Position numbers and translations under genes: made by a program
Notes under the pieces: model-generated
Told to the model about the DNA's origin: nothing
The model's database searches: none
The model's input: only the letters and a program-made list of their open reading frames with translations
Source: the human T2T-CHM13v2.0 reference genome, Homo sapiens
Strand: one strand, 5' to 3'
DNA: 64,000 nucleotides
Assembly (NCBI RefSeq): GCF_009914755.1
Contig: NC_060935.1
Shown: positions 54,301 to 64,000 of the stretch, in pieces
How the letters are laid out: every line of letters starts with the position of its first letter
Position numbering within the stretch: the first letter of the stretch is position 1

Positions 54301-57300
54301 TTCTAGAATCTGCAAGTGGACATTTGGAGGGCTTTGAGGCCTGTGGTGGAAAAGGAAAATCTTCACATAAAAACTAGATGGAAGCATTCTCAGAAACTAC
54401 TTTGTGATGATTGCATTCGACTCACAGAGTTGAACATTCCTATAGATAGAACAGTTTGTAAACAATCTTTTTGTAGAATCTGCGATTGGAAATTTGGACT
54501 GCTTTGAGGCCTACTGTAGTAAAGGAAATAACTTCATCTAAAAACCAAACGGAAGCATTCACAGACAATCCTTAGTGATCATTGGATTGAACTAACAGAG
54601 CTGAACATTCCTTTAGATGGCGCAGTTTCCAAACACACTTTCTGTAGAATCTGCAAGTGGATATTTGGACCTCTCTGAGGATTTCGTTGGAAACGGGATA
54701 AACTTCCCAGAACTACACGGAAGCATTGTGAGAAACTTCTTTGTGATGTTTGCATTCAACTCACAGATTTGAACCTTGCTTTCATAGTTCAGCTTTCAAA
54801 CACTCTTTTTGTAGAATCTGCAAGTGGATATTTGGACCACTTTTTGGGCTTCCTTCGAAACGGGTATATCTTCACATCAAACCTAGACAGAAGCATTCTC
54901 AGAATGTTTCCTGTGATGACTGCATTCAACTCTCAGAGGTGAACAATCCTGCTGATGGAGCAGTTTTGAAACTCTCTTTCTTTGGATTCTGCAAGTGGAT
55001 ATGTGGACCTCTGTGAAGATTTCGTTGGAAACGGGTTCATCTTCACAGAAAAACTAAACAGGAGCATTCTCAGAAACTGCTTTGTGATGTTTGTGTTCCA
55101 CTTCAGGAATTGAACTTTCCTCTTGACAGAGCAGCTCTGAAATCCTCTTATTCTAGAATCTGCAAGTGGACATTTGGAGGGCTTTGAGGCCTGTGGTGGA
55201 AAAGGAAAATCTTCACATAAAAACTAGATGGAAGCATTCTCAGAAACTACTTTGTGATGATTGCATTCGACTCACAGAGTTGAACTTTCCTATAGATAGA
55301 GCAGGTTGTAAACAATCTTTTTGTAGAATCTGCGATTGGAGATTTGGACTGCTTTGAGGCCTACTGTAGTAAAGGAAATAACTTCATCTAAAAACCAAAC
55401 GGAAGCATTCACAGACAATTCTTAGTGATCATTGGATTGAACTAACAGAGCTGAACATTCCTTTAGATGGAGCAGTTTCCAAACACACTTTCTGTAGAAT
55501 CTGCAAGTGGATATTTGGACTTCTCTGAGGATTTCGTTGGAAACGGGATAAACTTCCCAGAACTACACGGAAGCATTCTGAGAAATTTCTTTGTGATGTT
55601 TGCATTCAACTCACAGAGTTGAACCTTGCTTTCATAGTTCAGCTTTCACACACTCTTTTTGTAGAATCTGCAAGTGGATATTTGGACCACTTTGTGGCCT
55701 TCCTTTGAAACGGGTATATCTTCACATCAAACCTAGACAGAAGCATTCTCAGAATGTTTCCTGTGATGACTGCATTCAACTCTCAGAGGTGAACAATCCT
55801 GCTGATGGAGCAGTTTTGAAACTCTCTTTCTTTGGATTCTGCAAGTGGATATGTGGACCTCTGTGAAGATTTCGTTGGAAACGGGTTCATCTTCACAGAA
55901 AAACTAAACAGAAGCATTCTCAGAAACTGCTTTGTCATGTTTGTGTTCCACTTCAAGAATTGAACTTTCCTCTTGACAGAGCAGCTCTGAAACCCTCTTA
56001 TTCTAGAATCTGCAAGTGGACATTTGGAGGGCTTTGAGGCCTGTGGTGGAAAAGGAAAATCTTCACATAAAAACTAGATGGAAGCATTCTCAGAAACTAC
56101 TTTGTGATGATTGCATTCGACTCACAGAGTTGAACATTCCTATAGATAGAGCAGGTTGTAAACAATCTTTTTGTAGAATCTGCGATTGGAGATTTGGACT
56201 GCTTTGAGGACTACTGTAGTAAAGGAAATAACTTCATCTAAAAACCAAACGGAAGCATTCACAGACAATTCTTAGTGATCATTGGATTGAACTAACAGAG
56301 CTGAACATTCCTTTAGATGGCGCAGTTTCCAAACACACTTTCTGTAGAATCTGCAAGTGGATATTTGGACCTCTCTGAGGATTTCGTTGGAAACGGGATA
56401 AACTTCCCAGAACTACACGGAAGCATTGTGAGAAACTTCTTTGTGATGTTTGCATTCAACTCACAGAGTTGAACCTTGCTTTCATAGTTCAGCTTTCAAA
56501 CACTCTTTTTGTAGAATCTGCAAGTGGATATTTGGACCACTTTGTGGCCTTCCTTCGAAACGGGTATATCTTCACATCAAACCTAGACAGAAGCATTCTC
56601 AGAATGTTTCCTGTGATGACTGCATTCAACTCACAGAGGTGAACAATCCTGCTGATGGAGCAGTTTTGAAACTCTCTTTCTTTGGATTCTGCAAGTGGAT
56701 ATGTGGACCTCTGTGAAGATTTCGTTGGAAACGGGTTCATCTTCACAGAAAAACTAAACAGAAGCATTCTCAGAAACTGCTTTGTTATGTTTGTGTTCCA
56801 CTTCAAGAATTGAACTTTCCTCTTGACAGAGCAGCTCTGAAACCCTCTTATTCTAGAATCTGCAAGTGGACATTTGGTGGGCTTTGAGGCCTGTGGTGGA
56901 AAAGGAAAATCTTCACATAAAAACTAGATGGAAGCATTCTCAGAACCTACTTTGTGATGATTGCATTCGACTCACAGAGTTGAACATTCCTATAGATAGA
57001 GCAGGTTGTAAACAATCTTTTTGTAGAATCTGCGATTGGAGATTTGGACTGCTTTGAGGCCTACTGTAGTAAAGGAAATAACTTCATCTAAAAACCAAAC
57101 GGAAGCATTCACAGACAATTCTTAGTGATCATTGGATTGAACTAACAGAGCTGAACATTCCTTTAGATGGCGCAGTTTCCAAACACACTTTCTGTAGAAT
57201 CTGCAACTGGATATTTGGACCTCTCTGAGGATTTCGTTGGAAACGGGATAAACTTCCCAGAACTACACGGAAGCATTGTGAGAAACTTCTTTGTGATGTT

Positions 57301-60300
57301 TGCATTCAACTCACAGAGTTGAACCTTGCTTTCATAGTTCAGCTTTCAAACACTCTTTTTGTAGAATCTGCAAGTGGATATTTGGACCACTTGTGGCCTT
57401 CCTTCGAAACGGGTATATCTTCACATCAAACCTAGACAGAAGCATTCTCAGAATGTTTCCTGTGATGACTGCATTCAACTCACAGAGGTGAACAATCCTG
57501 CTGATGGAGCAGTTTTGAAACTCTCTTTCTTTGGATTCTGCAAGTGGATATGTGGACCTCTGTGAAGATTTCGTTGGAAACGGGTTCATCTTCACAGAAA
57601 AACTAAACAGAAGCATTCTCAGAAACTGCTTTGTGATGTTTGTGTTCCACTTCAAGAATTGAACTTTCCTCTTGACAGAGCAGCTCTGAAACCCTCTTAT
57701 TCTAGAATCTGCAAGTGGACATTTGGAGGGCTTTGAGGCCTGTGGTGGAAAAGGAAAATCTTCACATAAAAACTAGATGGAAGCATTCTCAGAAACTACT
57801 TTGTGATGATTGCATTTGACTCACAGAGTTGAACATTCCTATAGATAGAGCAGGTTGTAAACAATCTTTTTGTAGAATCTGCGATTGGAGATTTGGACTG
57901 CTTTGAGGCCTACTGTAGTAAAGGAAATAACTTCATCTAAAAACCAAACGGAAGCATTCACAGACAATTCTTAGTGATCATTGGATTGAACTAACAGAGC
58001 TGAACATTCCTTTAGATGGCGCAGTTTCCAAACACACTTTCTGTAGAATCTGCAACTGGATATTTGGACCTCACTGAGGATTTCGTTGGAAACGGGATAA
58101 ACTTCCCAGAACTACACGGAAGCATTCTGAGAAACTTCTTTGTGATGTTTGCACTCAACTCACAGAGTTGAACCTTGCTTTCATAGTTCAGCTTTCAAAC
58201 ACTCTTTTTGTAGAATGTGCAAGAGGATATTTGGACCACTTTGTGGCCTTCCTTCGAAACGGGTATATCTTCACATCAAACCTAGACAGAAGCATTCTCA
58301 GAATGTTTCCTGTGATGACTGCATTCAACTCACAGAGGTGAACAATCCTGTTGATGGAGCAGTTTTGAAACTCTCTTTCTTTGGATTCTGCAAGAGGATA
58401 TGTGGACCTCTGTGAAGATTTCGTTGGAAACGGGTTCATCTTCACAGAAAAACTAAACAGAAGCATTCTCAGAAACTGCTTTGTCATGTTTGTGTTCCAC
58501 TTCAGGAATTGAACTTTCCTCTTGACAGAGCAGCTCTGAAACACTCTTATTCTAGAATCTGCAAGTTGACATTTGGAGGGCTTTGAGGCCTGTGGTGGAA
58601 AAGGAAAATCTTCACATAAAAACTAGATGGAAGCATTCTCAGAAACTACTTTGTGACGATTGCATTCGACTAACAGAGTTGAACATTCCTATAGATAGAG
58701 CAGGTTGTAAACAATCTTTTTGTAGAATCTGCGATTGGAAATTTGGACTGCTTTGAGGCCTACTGTAGTAAAGGAAATAACTTCATCTAAAAACCAAACG
58801 GAAGCATTCACAGACAATTCTTAGTGATCATTGGATTGAACTAACAGAGCTGAACATTCCTTTAGATGGCGCATTTTCCAAACAAACTCTCTGTAGAATC
58901 TGCAACTGGATATTTGGACCTCTCTGAGGATTTCGTTGGAAAAGGGATAAACTTCCCAGAACTACACGGAAGCATTGTGAGAAACTTCTTTGTGATGTTT
59001 GCATTCAACTCACAGAGTTGAACCTTGCTTTCATAGTTCAGCTTTTAAACACTCCTTTTGTAGAATCTGCAAGTGGATATTTGGACCACTTTGTGGCCTT
59101 CCTTCGAAACGGGTATATCTTCACATCAAACCTAGACAGAAGCATTCTCAGAATGTTTCCTGTGATGACTGCATTCAACTCACAGAGGTGAACAATCCTG
59201 CTGATGGAGCAGTTTTGAAACTCTCTTTCTTTGGATTCTGCAAGTGGATATGTGGACCTCTGTGAAGATTTCGTTGGAAACGGGTTCATCTTCACAGAAA
59301 AACTAAACAGAAGCATTCTCAGAACCTGCTTTGTTATGTTTGTGTTCCACTTCAGGAATTGAACTTTCCTCTTGACAGAGCAGCTCTGAAATCCTCTTAT
59401 TCTAGAATCTGCAAGTGGACATTTGGAGGGCTTTGAGGCCTGTGGTGGAAAAGGAAAATCTTCACATAAAAACTAGATGGAAGCATTCTCAGAAACTACT
59501 TTGTGATGATTGCATTCGACTCACAGAGTTGAACATTCCTATAGATAGAGCAGGTTGTAAACAATCTTTTTGTAGAATCTGCGATTGGAGATTTGGACTG
59601 CTTTGAGGCCTACTGTAGTAAAGGAAATAACTTCATCTAAAAACCAAACGGAAGCATTCACAGACAATTCTTAGTGATCATTGCATTGAACTAACAGAGC
59701 TGAACATTCCGTTAGATGGCGCAGTTTCCAAACACACTTTCTGTAGAATCTGCAAGTGGATATTTGGACTTCTCTGAGGATTTCGTTGGAAACGGGATAA
59801 ACTTCCCAGAACTACACGGAAGCATTGTGAGAAACTTCTTTGTGATGTTTGCATTCAACTCACAGAGTTGAACCTTGCTTTCATAGTCCAGCTTTCAAAC
59901 ACTCTTTTTGTAGAATCTGCAAGTGGATATTTGGACCACTTTGTGGGCTTCCTTTGAAACGGGTATATCTTCACATCAAACCTAGACAGAAGCATTCTCA
60001 GAATGTTTCCTGTGATGACTGCATTCAACTCACAGAGGTGAACAATCCTGCTGATGGAGCAGTTTTGAAACTCTCTTTCTTTGGATTCTGCAAGTGGATA
60101 TGTGGACCTCTGTGAAGATTTCGTTGGAAACGGGTTCATCTTCACAGAAAAACTAAACAGAAGCATTCTCAGAAACTGCTTTGTGATGTTTGTGTTCCAC
60201 TTCAGGAATTGAACTTTCCTCTTGACAGAGCAGCTCTGAAACCCTCTTATTCTAGAATCTGCAAGTGGACATTTGGAGGGCTTTGAGGCCTGTGGTGGAA

Positions 60301-63300
60301 AAGGAAAATCTTCACATAAAAACTAGATGGAAGCATTCTCAGAAACTACTTTGTGATGATTGCATTCGACTCACAGAGTTGAACATTCCTATAGATAGAG
60401 TAGGTTGTAAACAATCTTTTTGTAGAATCTGCGATTGGAGATTTGGACTGCTTTGAGGCCTACTGTAGTAAAGGAAATAACTTCATCTAAAAACCAAACG
60501 GAAGCATTCACAGACAATTCTTAGTGATCATTGCATTGAACTAACAGAGCTGAACATTCCTTTAGATAGCGCAGTTTCCAAACACACTTTCTGTAGAATC
60601 TGCAAGTGGATGTTTGGACCTCTCTGAGGATTTCGTTGGAAACGGGATAAACTTCCCAGAACTACACGGAAGCATTCTGAGAAACTTCTTTGTGATGTTT
60701 GCATTCAACTCACAGAGTTGAACCTTGCTTTCATAGTTCAGCTTTCAAACACTCTTTTTGTAGAATCTGCAAGTGGATATTTGGACCACTTTGTGGCCTT
60801 CCTTCGAAACGTGTATATCTTCACATCAAACCTAGACAGAAGCATTCTCAGAATGTTTCATGTGATGACTGCATTCAACTCACAGAGGTGAACAATCCTG
60901 CTGATGGAGCAGTTTTGAAACTCTCTGTCTTTGGATTCTGCAAGTGGATATGTGGACCTCTGTGAAGATTTCGTTGGAAACGGGTTCATCTTCACAGAAA
61001 AACTAAACAGAAGCATTCTCAGAAACTGCTTTGTGATGTTTGTGTTCCACTTCAGGAATTGAACTTTCCTCTTGACAGAGCAGCTCTGAAACCCTCTTAT
61101 TCTAGAATCTGCAAGTGGACATTTGGAGGGCTTTGAGGCCTGTGGTGGAAAAGGAAAATCTTCACATAAAAACTAGATGGAAGCATTCTCAGAAACTACT
61201 TTGTGATGATTGCATTCGACTCACAGAGTTGAACATTCCTATAGATAGAGCAGGTTGTAAACAATCTTTTTGTAGAATCTGCGATTGGAGATTTGGACTG
61301 CTTTGAGGCCTACTGTAGTAAAGGAAATAACTTCATCTAAAAACCAAACGGAAGCATTCACAGACAATTCTTAGTGATCATTGGATTGAACTAACAGAGC
61401 TGAACATTCCTTTAGATGGAGCAGTTTCCAAACCCACTTTCTGTAGAATCTGCAAGTGGATATTTGGACTTCTCTGAGGATTTCGTTGGAAACGGGATAA
61501 ACTTCCCAGAACTACACGGAAGCATTGTGAGAAACTTCTTTGTGATGTTTGCATTCAACTCACAGAGTTGAACCTTGATTTCATAGTTCAGCTTTCAAAC
61601 ACTCTTTTTGTACAATCTGCAAGTGGATATTTGGACCACTTTGTGGCCTTCCTTCGAAACGGGTATATCTTCACATCAAACCTAGACAGAAGCATTCTCA
61701 GAATGTTTCCTGTGATGACTGCATTCAACTCACAGAGGTGAACAATCCTGCTGATGGAGCAGTTTTGAAACTCTCTTTCTTTGGATTCTGCAAGTGGATA
61801 TGTGGACCTCTGTGAAGATTTCGTTGGAAACGGGTTCATCTTCACAGAAAAACTAAACAGGAGCATTCTCAGAAACTGCTTTGTGATGTTTGTGTTCCAC
61901 TTCAAGAATTGAACTTTCCTCTTGACAGAGCAGCTCTGAAACCCTCTTTTTCTAGAATCTGCAAGTGGATATTTGGAGGGCTTTGAGGCCTGTGGTGGAA
62001 AAGGAAAATCTTCACATAAAAACTACATGGAAGCATTCTCAGAAACTACTTTGTGATGATTGCATTCGACTCAAAGAGTTGAACATTCCTATAGATAGAG
62101 CAGGTTGTAAACAATCTTTTTGTAGAATCTGCGATTGGAGATTTGGACTGCTTTGAGGCCTACTGTAGTAAAGGAAATAACTTCATCGAAAAACCAAACG
62201 GAAGCATTCACAGACAATTCTTAGTGATCATTGCATTGAACTAACAGAGCTGAACATTCCGTTAGATGGCGCAGTTTCCAAACACACTTTCTGTAGAATC
62301 TGCAAGTGGATATTTGGACCTCTCTGAGGATTTCGTTGGAAACGGGATAAACTTCCCAGAACTACACGGAAGCATTGTGAGAAACTTCTTTGTGATGTTT
62401 GCATTCAACTCACAGAGTTGAACCTTGCTTTCATAGTCCAGCTTTCAAACACTCTTTTTGTAGAATCTGCAAGTGGATATTTGGACCACTTTGTGGCCTT
62501 CCTTCGAAACGGGTATATCTTCACATCAAACCTAGACAGAAGCATTCTCAGAATGTTTCCTGTGATGACTGCATTCAACTCACAGAGGTGAACAATCCTG
62601 CTGATGGAGCAGTTTTGAAACTCTCTTTCTTTGGATTCTGCAAGTGGATATGTGGACCTCTGTGAAGATTTCGTTGGAAACGGGTTCATCTTCACAGAAA
62701 AACTAAACAGGAGCATTCTCAGAAACTGCTTTGTGATGTTTGTGTTCCACTTCAAGAATTGAACTTTCCTCTTGACAGAGCAGCTCTGAAACCCTCTTTT
62801 TCTAGAATCTGCAAGTGGACATTTGGAGGGCTTTGAGGCCTGTGGTGGAAAAGGAAAATCTTCACATAAAAACTAGATGGAAGCATTCTCAGAAACTCCT
62901 TTGTGATGATTGCATTCGACTCACAGAGTTGAACATTCCTATAGATAGAGCAGGTTGTAAACAATCTTTTTGTAGAATCTGCGATTGGAGATTTGGACTG
63001 CTTTGAGGCCTACTGTAGTAAAGGAAATAACTTCATCTAAAAACCAAACGGAAGCATTCACAGACAATTCTTAGTGATCATTGCATTGAACTAACAGAGC
63101 TGAATATTCCTTTAGATGGCGCAGTTTCCAAACACACTTTCTGTAGAATCTGCAACTGGATATTTGGACCTCTCTGAGGATTTCTTTGGAAACGGGATAT
63201 ACTTCCCAGAACTACACGGAAGCATTCTGAGAAACTTCTTTGTGATGTTTGCATTCAACTCACAGAGTTGAACCTTGCTTTCATAGTTCAGCTTTCAAAC

Positions 63301-64000
63301 ACTCTTTTTGTAGAATCTGCAAGTGGATATTTGGACCACTTTGTGGCCTTCCTTCGAAACGGGTATATCTTCACATCAAACCTAGACAGAAGCATTCTCA
63401 GAATGTTTCCTGTGATGACTGCATTCAACTCACAGAGGTGAACAATCCTGCTGATGGAGCAGTTTTGAAACTCTCTTTCTTTGGATTCTGCAAGTGGATA
63501 TGTGGACCTCTGTGAAGATTTCGTTGGAAACGGGTTCATCTTCACAGAAAAACTAATCAGAAGGATTCTCAGAAACTGCTTTGTGATGTTTGTGTTCCAC
63601 TTCAGGAATTGAACATTCCTCTTGACAGAGCAGCTCTGAAACCCTCTTATTCTAGAATCTGCAAGTGGACATTTGCGAGGGCTTTCAGGCCTGTGGTGGA
63701 AAAGGAAAATCTTCACATAAAAACTAGATGGAAGCATTATCAGAAACTCCTTTGTGATGATTGCATTCGACTCACAGAGTTGAACATTCCTATAGATACA
63801 TCAGGTTGTAAACAATCTTTTTGTAGAATCTGCGATTGGAGATTTGGACTGCTTTGAGGCCTACTGTAGTAAAGGAAATAACTTCATCGAAAAACCAAAC
63901 GGAAGCATTCACAGACAATTCTTAGTGATCATTGCATTGAACTAACAGAGCTGAACATTCCGTTAGATGGCGCAGTTTCCAAACACACTTTCTGTAGAAT

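Larger units (their letters stand above)
1..64000 (+). repeat. Alpha-satellite (alphoid) DNA, uninterrupted tandem ~171-bp monomers, pentameric SF3-type
   Basis: Hallmark alphoid motifs recur every ~167-171 bp throughout (cattctcagaaact.ctttgtgatg, cattcaactcacagagttgaac, tgtagaatctgcaagtggatatttgg). The box position holds either tttcgttggaaacggg (CENP-B type) or gtggtggaaaagg/gtagtaaagg (A type), in a B,B,B,A,A rhythm. Confidence 0.99.
36021..64000 (+). repeat. D11Z1: HOR array 3: homogeneous 850-bp 5-mer, ~33 copies; most likely D11Z1, the active chromosome 11 centromeric array
   Basis: 850-bp period (36051, 36901, ... 63249; two 849-bp units); a single tctaga (XbaI) per unit, e.g. 36453; B,B,B,A,A pentamer. 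Established knowledge: the human chr11 alphoid HOR is a 0.85-kb XbaI pentamer of SF3. Chromosome assignment is inferred, not searched. Confidence 0.88.

Noticed and set aside
36-63857. All other 60-175-aa ORFs (MHSTHRVEP..., MDIWRAL..., MLLFSF...)
   Set aside because: Translations of satellite monomers, mostly from TTG/GTG starts, freely broken by point changes and frameshifts between copies; no sign of coding constraint.
1-64000. CRISPR-like or other repeat-spacer system
   Set aside because: Sequences between conserved motifs are homologous monomer parts, not unique spacers; no cas-like or other genes are present.
1-64000. L1/Alu/other mobile-element insertion or inversion, especially at array junctions
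   Set aside because: No poly-A tail, target-site duplication, non-alphoid segment or strand switch was seen; HOR periods add up exactly across both junctions.
36021-64000. Regular super-period (e.g. 10-, 15- or 20-mer) within the 850-bp array
   Set aside because: Variant sharing occurs at offsets of 1, 2, 3, 4, 6 and 7 units in short patches, with no sustained period.

Overview
The whole window is primate centromeric alpha-satellite: ~171-bp monomers head-to-tail in one orientation, with no genes, transposon insertions or inversions seen. All listed ORFs are translation artefacts of the repeat. The monomers are of the pentameric suprachromosomal family 3 type (three B-type monomers with CENP-B-box-like sites plus two A-type; my W1-W5 labels are inferred from box type and order). 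Three distinct higher-order-repeat (HOR) arrays abut in register. (1) 1-~9,810: 1,873-bp 11-mers and 2,044-bp 12-mers in the order 11,12,11,11,12. (2) ~9,810-~35,990: a 4,246-bp 25-mer of five diverged pentamers (a-e), four copies at 19,037-36,020, preceded by rearranged ~2,547-bp 15-mer derivatives; this array has lost most CENP-B boxes. (3) ~36,020-64,000: about 33 copies of a homogeneous 850-bp 5-mer with one XbaI site and two intact CENP-B boxes per unit, matching the description of human chromosome 11 D11Z1. The window is most likely the edge of the active chr11 centromeric array plus two older flanking layers. I find no novel gene-encoded system. The interest lies in the legible record of array evolution: hybrid monomers, a probable conversion patch, a triplication, nested HOR structure and a CENP-B-box desert. 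The arrays themselves are probably already annotated in T2T satellite tracks. All comparisons were made by eye and from ORF-track periodicities, not by computed alignment.
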